A DNA stretch of 64,000 bases, taken from positions 4,046,735 through 4,110,734 of the forward strand of contig CM082592.2 of the NCBI GenBank assembly GCA_040954595.2, given 5' to 3'. Below are positions 36,567 through 51,700 of the stretch, piece by piece (position 1 is the first letter of the stretch; each line of letters begins with the position of its first letter). A program made the position numbers and the translations under genes. Source of the DNA: Balanoglossus misakiensis. Its lineage: Eukaryota > Animalia > Hemichordata. The notes beneath the pieces are model-generated. The model was given only the letters and a program-made list of their open reading frames with translations. It was not told the DNA's origin and ran no database searches.

Positions 36567-39500
36567 CCCGTTTTTCACACTCTGCCGTCTATCCATAATG
36601 GTACAGCCCTGAAATCATGTGAGAATTATTAGCCAATCAGTGACCAGGATACGCAGTTCATGACCATGAGAGGACATTATTTACAGGATTTGCACATTTC
36701 AGTGGTATTTTGTTGTTAAGGCTAGTCTTGGTTTCCCAGACTCCTCTGCTTCTTCCAGATAGAGGGTCTGCCATCATGCATCACTTTTGCCTCGAGTCGG
36801 CCATCTTTGCCCGGTGATTTTTCAATAGTATTTCCCCAGACCCTATTTCTGGAGGGCAACAGAAGAAGCAGAGGAGTCTGGGTAACCGAGACTATTGTAA
36901 AGGCATGAACATCATGAATACACGTCAAAGATATTTGCCAACATTAGCGGTATGTTTACGTTGACACACACACACACATAGTATTTTGTTATTCCTTCGA
37001 CCCATGTCTAACATAATTGGTTTATGTCACAAGCAGGTCAAAGATCAAATAAGGTCAAATCCAAGAAATTGCCAACTTGATAAATACTTCACATCAATAC
37101 ATTATCAAAGTATAGTCTTAAAGGGAAGGGGTCGTCGCGTCACATGGGTGTCCCCCTAGATGGGAACATGTCCTCCCATACCAGCGCAAACTTCACTGCA
37201 GTCGCCACGACCTACTAGGATCTTCAGTTGCTGTCATGCCCAGTCTACGCTATGGTTGGCTGCTTCCTTCATTCTAAGAATTATCTAATTTCAGGGATTT
37301 GTGGATGAATTGTAATGTTTTTAAATGTGGCGCGACGACTGCTTCCCTTTATTACACGGGTCAGGCTTGGCATGCACACTTCACAGTTCAAAACATATTT
37401 GTCGAAGCATTTTTATTTTCTCATAATTTTGCCGTTTGATGTACATTTTTTTCATACAATTTTCGTTTGTCCATGTCTTCTCCATGTGCAGCCAAAAGTG
37501 TCTGTTTCACAAGCTTACACATATGTACATATCCAAATTCATGGTCAGTGTCAAAGCTGAAAGCTCACCTTCCACAGTATAACTTATTGAGAACTACAGC
37601 ACCCACAAAATCACAATTTTTACTGAATTTGATTAAACGTCCACAAAGAAGTCACGCAAAAGTTATGTTATTATTTTTGTTTGGTTTTGTCTTGGTATTA
37701 GAATTATTTTTTTGTGATGTGTGCATACAATATGTAAGTTTTTCATTTTTGTTTCATTGTTATTGACAAGACCTCAAGTTGCCAAGTATGATTTTGTGTC
37801 TCAGGGGAAGCTTATGGATTTTTTTTAATTTTTGGAGTGGGGGGGGGGGGAGTTCTTAAACTCTAAACATGTATCGTTTACTCGTCAACATATAGAATAT
37901 CATTATGTTGCGTGAATTTCAGTGTTGCAGGGGTTTGTAACAGCGCCACCTCGTGTTGAGCGATCAGTTCTTTTGTTTTCATGCAACTGTATTCTGATTG
38001 TTGAATCCGCTGTATTGTGAGTGTTTTTTATATGATCGTGAAAATCTATGCATTGGATGAAAAAGGTTTGTTTAGAGTCTGGCATGTTTCTACAACCAGT
38101 GTGTATACCTTTTCTACCATTTGTCAAAAAAAAGTGGACTTGTTTGTTGTCAGGAGCAATAACTTCACCTGTTGTAGTGGACGGGACAGTCTGCAGCCAT
38201 GGAAATGTTTTTTTTCCGCCGTCCTGTCACGTGCTGCAGAACCCGCGTTTATAAACATAGCCTACATTTCTGTTGGTGGTCTGTTTCCAAATGGGAGCAT
38301 GCTTGGTTGAAATTGCTGAGTTGTGAATAAGTGACAAAATCAGACAAATATACAACAATGTCACACTGTACTCGTATAGGAAAAAACAACAGTTACTTCA
38401 CGCGACCGTCTCTAGGGGGCGCTGCACTGACGTTCCTTCTTTGATCACTGAAATGATGGGGAGAGGTCTCATGACCCAAGCTTTAATGCCTTAACGCTCA
38501 TTTTTATCTAACACAACTCCATGTATTATTATATATATGTTATATTCGAAATCAAAACCAGTATTTTTACGACTACTTAATATTTTGTTTTGCCTTTGGG
38601 TTTCAATAATATCCCCTGAAAAAATATAGTGTGTGTACGTATATCTCAAATCAGGAAAAAGTGGGAGTGATTTTATGTCATGTATATGGATTATTCTCTG
38701 AGTACTACTTCTTTTTAACTCTGCAAATATAAAAAAATAACTTGTATAATTCAGAGTAATTATAATATTGTACAAAATGTTCAAACCTTGTATATTTTTT
38801 ATCCTCTTGAATGAAATAATTCAAATTGAATATAAAGCAATGAAATTCTGTCTATTTTGAAATGAACTTATATGAGTGTCTGAGTAATGTACCACTAATG
38901 CTTTCGGAAAATGGAAAACTCCGTATTTTTATCCTGGAGGTTGTAGAATAAGAATTTTATGGATTGTAGAAATAAAAATAATGAAAGATTTTGGAATGAT
39001 TTAATTTGTTCCATTTGTTTGTTTGTTTGTACAATGAAAACTTTTGCCCCCCCCCCCAAAAAAAAAAACAAAAAAACAAAAAAAACAAATTTAGGGACTA
39101 AACATTGCTTTTGAGTCCACAAAAATGCAGTTTCGAGGTCTTTATATTACAAATTTTCTAACGTGGGAGCGGGGCACCCCCTCGGTCCCCCCCCCGATGC
39201 TAACTTTGAGGGGCAAAGATATAATTTGTCCTCCCCCAACATTCTATTGCAATGACTGTCATTTAATTTATGCACGTTTTATCATGATTATATTAATTTA
39301 TTCATATATGCAAATTGCCGTTGTAAATTATTCACCAACAGATGGACACACACACACACACCCCGGCCCGATAACTACCATGTCAACGAACACGATACCA
39401 GATGTAGTATGATACCAGAATACTTGTATCATATTAACGCCCATGCTTGTGTCTATTCTGAGACCTCATACACAACATAACATTCAAAGGGAGTTGCGAT

Positions 39501-39718
39501 TCCCAATATTTTATTACCTTTTCACCAAATAATTCGTGACAAGATTATTGGTAGTTCTATACCAGAAACCCATTTGAAAGAACGAAGAGATATAGATAAC
39601 ATCATTTCTGTGAGCATTATTCATATAATTCAACAATAAAGCGTAATATTCGTATAGTTATAGCAAATACGTAGAATGTCGAACACTTGGTCTTGAACCT
39701 TGATAATATCAACGTCCC

Positions 39719-39821
39719 CTAGGTCTCTCGAGGCCCCATTTCCTCTCTTTTCATCTCAGCCATTTCAATGTCGACATTTCTAGATTCTTCAACCTCCAAT
39801 GATCTGTCTTCTACTTGGCCC
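39719..39821 (-). CDS. Secreted peptide precursor B, last coding exon (GQVEDRSLEVEESRNVDIEMAEMKREEMGPRET*)
   Basis: Minus-strand acceptor ttaattaatAG, phase 2, TAG at 39721-39719. Conserved AATAAA at 39515-39510. Confidence 0.75.
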
Positions 39822-40420
39822 CTATTAATTAAAGAGTGGACAATGGAATAAAATGAAAGTGACGTACTTCTTACCAGTCAGTAAATGTCGAGGTACGATA
39901 CACGTTATACCGGTAGCCTTCGCAGTCGACAATGGGTAAGGAACGCTATACCACGGAGCTATACCGCAGCTGTGGTAGCTCCATGACTATATATATAACA
40001 CTGGTTTTAGGGACAGCCGTATGTGTTTGCCACATGACTACGGTGCTCTAAATCTTGGTTTTTACACCAGCCACCAATCTACTCACTGCAGAAATGGCAC
40101 TTTCAAGGGTCTCGAAAAGTAATTCGTAGCCTTTGGGCAAACCAGGAAATATAGCTGTGAGGGTTTCAACAGGTAACCCCAAAGCGGGAAACGTGCAGGG
40201 CATCAAATAAGATCACCGCCAACAGTTGCAGGCTGTCGATTGCTTAACCCTTACACATCCCCAGTTCCCTCTATGCAGGTTCAACTTCACCATAGAAAAC
40301 AATTGATTTGGACCAAACCATGGTGCTGAGTAGACTAAAGACGTACCTCTGTTACAAGATTAAGTCACCTTATATGAGTATAGTAGTTATTTATACACAG
40401 GTTTTTGGGTATTTGCTCAC

Positions 40421-40539
40421 CGCTTAATCTGAACATCTCTTCGCCGAGAAATGTCGATTTTCTTGCCCTGTACATCAGGCTTCAAGAGAGCCAACATCAG
40501 AGCCAGGCAGAGAAGGACAACAATACCCGTCTTCTTCAT
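40421..40539 (-). CDS. Secreted peptide precursor B, first coding exon (MKKTGIVVLLCLALMLALLKPDVQGKKIDISRRRDVQIK)
   Basis: First 22 residues identical to precursor A. Donor GTGAGC at 40420. Upstream acceptor (exon starts at 40579) and 5' UTR exon donor at 40948 are conserved with unit 1. Confidence 0.8.
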
Positions 40540-42736
40540 CTTCACAGTTTAGAGATCAAAACCGGTTTATGCAGATTATCTGAAGTAGAATCGTCAGGAG
40601 TTCGTCAGCATATTTTCTTTCCTCAATAAAATATTTCAAATATATTCGCTATCCTCTAAAATCCACACCATTAAGCCATATTACTTGCATTCGCATCAGT
40701 TTGTCATCTCTTGGCGACGCATACCACGATAGCTGCGTAATGTTTGTATATGGAGGCTGATTAAATCGATGCGGCACCGTTTTAATACATAGCGTGTTCA
40801 AATTGCCAACATGCAGTCACAATCTGTTATTGATAAGGTGTTCATGTATACCTATCAGTATTAGCTTATTTAGATGGACCAATTTAAGTTGGAAAATAAA
40901 ACCATGGAAATAATGCAAAAAGTGGCAGCTCTAGAGGCTTTAACTCACCGTTCTACTTCTAAGAGCTCGTCAGTCGTCACTTTCCCGATTAGCACAATGT
41001 GTGAAGAGTGGATCCTTTTAAAGTACGCTTGACAAATGGCTTTCCTCTGTACATGTCACGACAAAGCAGTTCATCAAATTTTTAAAAAAAAAACATCATA
41101 ATTATGCAGGAACGTTCGTAAATTCGCAAGAAATGTTCATAATAGCATCTGAAAATTTCTTGTGTTTTCTTTGCCATACGGAAACAGAATGTAGACTATA
41201 TCTTCATTGACATTGAAAAAAAAATATTTTTATTCAAACTCATACACAGAAAAAGTGGTTTCACTATTCCTAGACTCTTAATATGCTGTATGCGGTGGCG
41301 CTCGTCTCATGCTATTTTTTGATAGAGTGTTGCTCACATCCTTATATAAATGTGTTTCGAGAGAAATTGTTTTGATCCTGGACATTCGAGAAGCAATTTA
41401 AAATAAATCATTTATGTAAATATTTTAATTACTTGACTGAATACTCTATTTCATATGGTATAAAGGCCCGCGTTAGGTCAAAAAACAACACTATCATTTA
41501 CTGTGAATATTTACCATTGAGAGGTTTAAAGTGTCCAGGCTGGTTTTCGTTTGTGATATATAGAATAACTATCAATCTACACGTCTAATTGAAATTAGAG
41601 ACATTTCTTTTCATTTATTTTGGCTTTTAGAAAATTCTTCACATCGTAAAATAGTACGCATGTATAACGTACACTCACTGTTTAGTCGTTAGTAAATATA
41701 TTTGCTTACGCATACATGCCACACGACGAATTTTAAACTTACTGAGGATCGTGCTCGGGGTCAGGTCCATCTTAATTCTTTTTTCAAAATTTCAAGTGCA
41801 GACCCCTTAGAAATATGTTATATACAGAAAAGATTCGTCCACACAATAAGACATCTAAAGTCGAAATTGAAAACAGATGAGAAAGTAAGTAAGTAGTAAT
41901 CGATATTGTTATCGCTGACAAATGAATTCAAATCTGTGCTTGAATTCAATTTTCAACAAAAATCACGCTGATTAGGCCAAAAAATAATATGTGCTTTTCC
42001 GGTTACATGGTTTTCAAAAACAGCGTAGGTAGGTAGGGATTTTTTTTTATTTTGCAATTTTTTTTATATCTTTGGCCGCCGTAGTGTAGAAGAATGACGT
42101 TATGGTTCTTGCGTGATTCTCGTAATATTCATAAATTTTGTATATTTGACATCGTTATTTCTTACTTCCGGTTTACGAAGCTCGAAGTTTAGGGTCGGCA
42201 GGCTAAAATTACGGTAGGTCAGGTAATCTGAACAGCGCATATTTTTTATGTGGCCGTAGAGAGAGAAACAAGAAACCGGTTGATGCTCAAAGGAAAAAGA
42301 CTCCCCACTGTATGTACATGTTACAACATTCGCGCATGTGTACGTACATGCATTGACCCACACATCTGTTTAGTGTTAATTAAATACTATTTAAAGAACA
42401 TTGCAAGATTAATGCCTAATTCTGAAATTTTGGTGCAATTCAAAGAGATGCGAGTTGTACTGTACATTGGCGGTTCTGATAGACAATTACCCCTTTCAAG
42501 CTTTTTGTATGGAAAGCCGTGCCACATCATGTATCCGACATGCTCGAATCTATTCACAACGGCTGATTGATCAGAACTCGCGATCGTTTGCCAAGGGGCT
42601 TATATGTTTTTCATACACGCAAGGCGTCCCTGGCATATCTAGCTCTGCCCTCTACGTCGGAATTGAAACGAGTGAATACCAAAGCCACAATGACAACCTT
42701 CTTCATCTTTGAAGTTAAAAAGTCAAAAGTAGACAC

Positions 42737-45700
42737 AATCATCAAAAAATGACAATTTTCCGACTTTGCGAAACTTCTTCATTTTTTGACAAAAATCATG
42801 GGTTATAGCCCATGAAAATGATCCAAAAATGGCCATTTTTCGACTTTGCGGATTATCAAAATTTCCTCATTTTTTGACAAAAATCATGGGTTATAGCACA
42901 TGAAAATCATGCAAAAATGGCCAAATTTCGACTTTGCGGATTATCACAATTTCGTCATTTTTTGACAAAAATCATGGGTTATAGCTCATGAAAATCATCC
43001 AAAAATGGCAATTTTTCGACTGTGCTGATTATCAAAATTTCTTCATTTTTTGACAAAAATCATGGGTTATAGCTCATGAAAATCATCCAAAAATGACAAT
43101 TTTTCGACTTTGCGGATTATCAAAATTTCTTCATTTTTTGACAAAAATCATGGGTTATAGCTCATGAAAATCATCCAAAAATGACAATTTTTCGATTTTG
43201 CGGATTATCAAATTTTCTTCATTTTTTGACAAAAATCATGGGTTATAGCTCATGAAAATCATCCAAAAATGACAATTTTTCGACTTTGCGGATTATCAAA
43301 ATTTCTTCATTTTTTGACAAAAATCATGGGTTATAGCCCATGAAAATCATCCAAAAATGGCAATTTTTCGACTTTGCGGATTATCAAAATTTCTTCATTT
43401 TTTGACAAAAATCATGGGTTATAGCTCATGAAAATCATCCAAAAATGACAATTTTTCGACTTTGCGGATAATCAAAATTTCTTCATTTTTTGGCAAAAAT
43501 CATGGGTTATAGCTCATGAAAATCATCCAAAAATGACAATTTTTCGACTTTGCGGATTATCAAAATTTCTTCATTTTTTGGCAAAAATCATGGGTTATAG
43601 CCCATGAAAATCATCCAAAAATGGCAATTTTTCGACGTTGCGGTTTATCAAAATTTCTTCATTTTTTGACAAAAATCATGGGTTATAGCCCATGAAAATC
43701 ATCCAAAAATGGCAATTTTTCTATATTGCGGATTATCAAAATTTCTTCATTTTTTGACAAAAATCGTGGGTTATAGGCCATGAAAATCATCCAAAAATGC
43801 CAGTTTTTCGACTTAGCGGATTATCAAAATTTCTTCATTTTTTGACAAAAATCGTGGGTTATAGCCCATGAAAATCATCCAAAAATGATAATTTTTCGAC
43901 TTCGCGGATTATCAAAATTTCTTCACTTTTTGACAAAAATCGTGGGTTATAGCTCATGAAAATCATCCAAAAATGACAATTTTTCGACTTTGCGGATTAT
44001 CAAAATTTCTTCATTTTTTGACAAAAATCATGGGTTATAGCCCATGAAAATCATCCTAAAATGGCAATTTTTCGACTTTGCGGATTATCAAAATTTCTTC
44101 ATTTTTGGCAAAAATCATGGGTTATAGCCCATGAAAATCATTCAAAAATGGCAATTTTTCGACTTTGCGGTTTATCAAAATTTCTTCACTTTTTGACAAA
44201 AATCATGGGTTATAGCTCATGAAAATCATCCAAAAATGACAATTTTTCGACTTTGCGGATAATCAAAATTTCTTCATTTTTTGGCAAAAATCGTGGGTTA
44301 TAGCTCATGAAAATCATCCAAAAATGACAATTTTTCGACTTTGCGGATTATCAAAATTTCTTCATTTTTTGGCAAAAATCATGGGTTATAGCCCATGAAA
44401 ATCATCCAAAAATGGCAATTTTTCGACGTTGCGGTTTATCAAAATTTCTTCACTTTTTGACAAAAATCATGGGTTATAGCTCATGAAAATCATTCAAAAA
44501 TGACAATTTTTCGACTTTGCGGATTATCAAAATTTCTTCACTTTTTGACAAAAATCCTGGGTTATAGCCCATGAAAATCATCCAAAAATGGCAATTTTTC
44601 GATATTGCGGATTATCAAAATTTCTTCATTTTTTGACAAAAATCGTGGGTTATAGGCCATGAAAATCATCCAAAAATGCCAGTTTTTCGACTTTGCGGAT
44701 TATCAAAATTTCTTCACTTTTTGACAAAAATCGTGGGTTATAGCTCATGAAAATCATCCAAAAATGACAATTTTTCGACTTTGCGGATTATCAAAATTTC
44801 TTCATTTTTTGACAAAAATCATTGGTTATAGCCCATGAAAATCATCCAAAAATGGCAATTTTTCGACTTTGCGGATTATCAAAATTTCTTCACTTTTTCA
44901 CAAAAATCATGGGTTATAGCCCATGAAAATCATCCAAAAATGGCAATTTTTCGACTTTGCGGATTATCAAAATTTCTTCACTTTTTGACAAAAATCGTGG
45001 GTTATAGCTCATGAAAATCATCCAAAAATGACAATTTTTCGACTTTGCGGATTATCAAAAGTTCTTCACTTTTTGACAAAAATCATGGGTTATAGCCCAT
45101 GAAAATCATCCAAAAATGGCAATTTTTCGACTTTGCGGATTATCAAAATTTCTTCACTTTTTGACAAAAATCATGGGTTATAGCCCATGAAAATCTTCCA
45201 AAAATGGCAATTTTTCGACTTTGCGGATTATCAAAATTTCTCTACTTTTTGACAAAAATCGGGGGATATACATGTAGCCCATGAAAATCATCCAAAAATG
45301 ACAATTTTTCGACTTTGCGGATTATCAAAATTTCTTCATTTTTTGACAAAAATCGTGGGTTATAGCCCATGAAAATCATCCAAAAATGACAATTTTTCGA
45401 CTTTGCGGATTATCAAAATTTCTTCATTTTTCGATAAAAGTCATGGGTTATAGCTCATGAAAATCATCCAAACATGACAATTTTTCGACTTTGCGGATTA
45501 TCAAAATTTCTTCACTTTTTCACAAAAATCATGGGTTATAGCCCATGAAAATCATCCAAAAATGGCAATTTTTCGACTTTGCGGATTATCAAAATTTCTT
45601 CACTTTTTGACAAAAATCGTGGGTTATAGCTCATGAAAATCATCCAAAAATGACAATTTTTCGACTTTGCGGATTATCAAAAGTTCTTCACTTTTTGACA

Positions 45701-48700
45701 AAAATCATGGGTTATAGCCCATGAAAATCATCCAAAAATGGCAATTTTTCGACTTAGCGGATTATCAAAATTTCTTCACTTTTTGACAAAAATCATGGGT
45801 TATAGCCCATGAAAATCATTCAAAAATGGCAATTTTTCGACTTTGCGGATTATCAAAATTTCTTCATTTTTTGACAAAAATCATGGGTTATAGCTCATGA
45901 AAATCATCCAAAAATGGCAATTTTTCGACTTTGCGGATTATCAAAATTTCTTCATTTTTTGACAAAAATCATGGGTTATAGCCCATAAAAATCATGCAAA
46001 AATGGCCAAATTTCGACTTTGCGGATTATCAAAATTTCGTCATTTTTTGACAAAAATCATTGGTTATAGCTCATGAAAATCATCCAAAAATGACAATTTT
46101 TCGACTTTGAGGATTATCAAAATTTCTTCATTTTTTGACAAAATCATGGGTTATAGCCCATGAAAATCATCCAAAAATGGCAATTTTTCGACTTTGAGGA
46201 TTATCAAAATTTCTTCATTTTTTGACAAAATCATGGGTTATAGCCCATGAAAATCATCCAAAAATGGCAATTTTTCGACTTTGAGGATTATCAAAATTTC
46301 TTCATTTTTTGACATCCTAAAATGGCAATTTTTCGACTTTGAGGATTATCAAAATTTCTTCATTTTTTGACAAAATCATGGGTTATAGCTCATGAAAATC
46401 ATCCAAAAATGGCAATTTTTCGACTTTGAGGATTATCAAAATTTCTTCATTTTTTGACAAAATCATGGGTTATAGCCCATGAAAATCATCCAAAAATGAC
46501 AATTTTTCGACTTTGCGGATTATCAAAATTTATTCATTTTTTGACAAAAATCGTGGGTTATAGCACATGAAAATCGTCAAAAAATGATGTTTTTCCGACT
46601 TCGCGAAAGTTCGAAATTTCTTCATTTTTTGAAAAAATCATGGGCTATAGCACATGAAAATCATCAAAAAATGATAATTTTTCGACTTTGCGGATTATCA
46701 AAATTTCTTCACTTTTTGACAAAAATCGTGGGTTATAGCTCATGAAAATCATCCAAAAATGACAATTTTTCGACTTTGCGGATTATCAAAATTTCTTCAT
46801 TTTTTGACAAAAATCATGGGTTATAGCCCATGAAAATCATCCAAAAATGACAATTTTTCGACTTTGCGGATTATCAAAATTTATTCATTTTTTTGACAAA
46901 AATCGTGGGTTATAGCCCATGAAAATCATCCAAAAATGACAATTTTTCGACTTTGCGGATTATCAAAATATCTTCATTTTTTGGCAAAAATCATTGGTTA
47001 TAGCCCATGAAAATCATCCAAAAATGGCAATTTTTCGACTTTGCGGTTTATCAAAATTTCTTCATTTTTCGATAAAAATCATGGGTTATAGCTCATGAAA
47101 ATCATCCAAAAATGACAATTTTTCGACTTTGCGGATTATCAAAATTTCTTCACTTTTTGACAAAAATCATGGGTTATAGCTCATGAAAATCATCCAAAAA
47201 TGGCAATTTTTCGACTTTGAGGATTATCAAAATTTCTTCACTTTTTGACAAAAATCATGGGTTATAGCTCATGAAAATCATCCAAAAATGGCAATTTTTC
47301 GACTTTGAGGATTATCAAAATTTCTTCATTTTTTGACAAAAATCATGGGTTATAGCCCATGAAAATCATCCAAAAATGACAATTTTTCGACTTTGCGGAA
47401 AATCAAAATTTCTTCACTTTTTGACAAAAATCATGGGTTATAGCCCATGAAAATCATCCAAAAATGGCAATTTTTCGACTTTGCGGATTATCAAAATTTC
47501 TTCACTTTTTGAAAAAAATCGTGGGTTATAGCCCATGAAAATCATCCAAAAATGGCAATTTTTCGACTTTGCGGATTATCAAAATTTCTTCACTTTTTGA
47601 CAAAAATCGTGGGCTATAGCTCGTGAAAATCATCCAAAAATGGCAATTTTTCGACTTTGCGGATTATCAAAAATTCTTCACTTTTTGAAAAAAATCATGG
47701 GTTATAGCCCATAAAAATCATGCAAAAATGGCCAAATTTCGACTTTGCGGATTATCAAAATTTCGTCATTTTTTGACAAAAATCATTGGTTATAGCTCAT
47801 GAAAATCATCCAAAAATGACAATTTTTCGACTTTGAGGATAATCAAAATTTCTTCATTTTTTGACAAAATCATGGGTTATAGCCCATGAAAATCATCCAA
47901 AAATGGCAATTTTTCGACTTTGAGGATTATCAAAATTTCTTCATTTTTTGACAAAATCATGGGTTATAGCCCATGAAAATCATCCTAAAATGGCAATTTT
48001 TCGACTTTGAGGATTATCAAAATTTCTTCATTTTTTGACAAAATCATGGGTTATAGCCCATGAAAATCATCCAAAAATGACAATTTTTCGACTTTGCGGA
48101 TTATCAAAATTTATTCATTTTTTGACAAAAATCGTGGGTTATAGCACATGAAAATCGTCAAAAAATGATGTTTTTCCGACTTCGCGAAAGTTCGAAATTT
48201 CTTCATTTTTTGAAAAAATCATGGGCTATAGCACATGAAAATCATCAAAAAATGATAATTTTTCGACTTTGCGGATTATCAAAATTTCTTCACTTTTTGA
48301 CAAAAATCGTGGGTTATAGCTCATGAAAATCATCCAAAAATGACAATTTTTCGACTTTGCGGATTATCAAAATTTCTTCATTTTTTGACAAAAATCATGG
48401 GTTATAGCCCATGAAAATCATCCAAAAATGACAATTTTTCGACTTTGCGGATTATCAAAATTTATTCATTTTTTTGACAAAAATCGTGGGTTATAGCCCA
48501 TGAAAATCATCATAAAATGACAATTTTTCGACTTTGCGGATTATCAAAATTTCTTCATTTTTTGGCAAAAATCATTGGTTATAGCCCATGAAAATCATCC
48601 AAAAATGGCAATTTTTCGACTTTGCGGTTTATCAAAATTTCTTCATTTTTCGATAAAAATCATGGGTTATAGCTCATGAAAATCATCCAAAAATGACAAT

Positions 48701-51700
48701 TTTTCGACTTTGCGGATTATCAAAATTTCTTCACTTTTTGACAAAAATCATGGGTTATAGCTCATGAAAATCATCCAAAAATGGCAATTTTTCGACTTTG
48801 AGGATTATCAAAATTTCTTCACTTTTTGACAAAAATCATGGGTTATAGCTCATGAAAATCATCCAAAAATGGCAATTTTTCGACTTTGAGGATTATCAAA
48901 ATTTCTTCATTTTTTGACAAAAATCATGGGTTATAGCCCATGAAAATCATCCAAAAATGACAATTTTTCGACTTTGCGGAAAATCAAAATTTCTTCACTT
49001 TTTGACAAAAATCATGGGTTATAGCCCATGAAAATCATCCAAAAATGGCAATTTTTCAACTTTGCGGATTATCAAAATTTCTTCACTTTTTGACAAAAAT
49101 CGTGGGCTATAGCTCGTGAAAATCATCCAAAAATGGCAATTTTTCGACTTTGCGGATTATCAAAAATTCTTCACTTTTTTGAAAAAAATCATGGGTTATA
49201 GCCCATAAAAATCATCCAAAAATGGCAATTTTTCGACTTTGCGGATTATCAAAATTTCTTCATTTTTTGACAAAAATCATGGGTTATAGCTCATGAAAAT
49301 CATCCAAAAATGGCAATTTTTCGACTTTGCGGATTATCAAAATTTCTTCACTTTTTGACAAAAATCATGGGTTTTAGCTCATGAAAATCATCCAAAAATG
49401 GCAATTTTTCGACTTTGCGGATTATCAAAAATTCTTCACTTTTTGAAAAAAATCATGGGTTATAGCCCATTAAAATCATCCAAAAATGGCAATTTTTCGA
49501 CTTTGCGGATTATCAAAATTTCTTCATTTTTTGACAAAAATCATGGGTTATAGCTCATGAAAATCATCCAAAAATGACAATTTTTCGACTTTGCGGATTA
49601 TCAAAATTTCTTCACTATTTGACAAAAATCATAGGTTATAGCCCATGAAAATCATCCAAAAATGGCAATTTTCGACTTTGCGGATTATCAAAATTTCTTC
49701 ATTTTTTGACAAAAATCATGGGTTATAGCCCATGAAAATCATCCAAAAATGACAATTTTTCGACTTTGCGAATTATTAAAATTTCTTCATTTTTTGACAA
49801 AAATCATGGGTTATAGCCCATGAAAATTATCCAAAAATGGCAATTTTTCGACTTTGCGGATTATCAAAATTTCTTCACTTTTTGACAAAAATCATGGGTT
49901 ATAGCTCATGAAAATCATCCAAAAATGGCACTTTTTCGACTTTGCGGATTTTCAAAATTTCTTCATTTTTTGACAAAAATCATGGGTTATAGCCCATGAA
50001 AATCATCCAAAAATGACAATTTTTCGACTTTGCGGATTATCAAAATTTCTTCACTTTTTGACAAAAATCGTGGGCTATAGCTCGTGAAAATCATCCAAAA
50101 ATGGCAATTTTTCGACTTTGCGGATTATCAAAAATTCTTCACTTTTTTGAAAAAAATCATGGGTTATAGCCCATAAAAATCATCCAAAAATGGCAATTTT
50201 TCGACTTTGCGGATTATCAAAATTTCTTCATTTTTTGACAAAAATCATGGGTTATAGCTCATGAAAATCATCCAAAAATGACAATTTTTCGACTTTGCGG
50301 ATTATCAAAATTTCTTCACTATTTGACAAAAATCATAGGTTATAGCCCATGAAAATCATCCAAAAATGGCAATTTTTCGACTTTGCTGATTATCAAAATT
50401 TCTTCATTTTTTGACAAAAATCATGGGTTATAGCTCATGAAAATTATCCAAAAATGGCAATTTTTCGACTTTGCGGATTATCAAAATTTCTTCACTTTTT
50501 GACAAAAATCATGGGTTTTAGCTCATGAAAATCATCCAAAAATGGCAATTTTTCGACTTTGCGGATTATCAAAAATTCTTCACTTTTTGAAAAAAATCAT
50601 GGGTTATAGCCCATTAAAATCATCCAAAAATGGCAATTTTTCGACTTTGCGGATTATCAAAATTTCTTCATTTTTTGACAAAAATCATGGGTTATAGCTC
50701 ATGAAAATCATCCAAAAATGACAATTTTTCGACTTTGCGGATTATCAAAATTTCTTCACTATTTGACAAAAATCATAGGTTATAGCCCATGAAAATCATC
50801 CAAAAATGGCAATTTTTCGACTTTGCGGATTATCAAAATTTCTTCATTTTTTGACAAAAATCATGGGTTATAGCCCATGAAAATCATCCAAAAATGACAA
50901 TTTTTCGACTTTGCGAATTATCAAAATTTCTTCATTTTTTGACAAAAATCATGGGTTATAGCCCATGAAAATCATCCAAAAATGACAATTTTTCGACTTT
51001 GCGGATTATCAAAATTTCTTCACTTTTTGACAAAAATCGTGGGCTTTAGCTCGTGAAAATCATCCAAAAATGGCAATTTTTCGACTTTGCGGATTATCAA
51101 AAATTCTTCACTTTTTTGAAAAAAATCATGGGTTATAGCCCATAAAAATCATCCAAAAATGGCAATTTTTCGACTTTGCGGATTATCAAAATTTCTTCAT
51201 TTTTTGACAAAAATCATGGGTTATAGCTCATGAAAATCATCCAAAAATGACAATTTTTCGACTTTGCGGATTATCAAAATTTCTTCACTATTTGACAAAA
51301 ATCATAGGTTATAGCCCATGAAAATGATCCAAAAATGGCAATTTTTCGACTTTGCGGATTATCAAAATTTCTTCATTTTTTGACAAAAATCATGGGTTAT
51401 AGCTCATGAAAATTATCCAAAAATGGCAATTTTTCGACTTTGCGGATTATCAAAATTTCTTCACTTTTTGACAAAAATCATGGGTTTTAGCTCATGAAAA
51501 TCATCCAAAAATGGCAATTTTTCGACTTTGCGGATTATCAAAAATTCTTCACTTTTTGAAAAAAATCATGGGTTATAGCCCATTAAAATCATCCAAAAAT
51601 GGCAATTTTTCGACTTTGCGGATTATCAAAATTTCTTCATTTTTTGACAAAAATCATGGGTTATAGCTCATGAAAATCATCCAAAAATGACAATTTTTCG

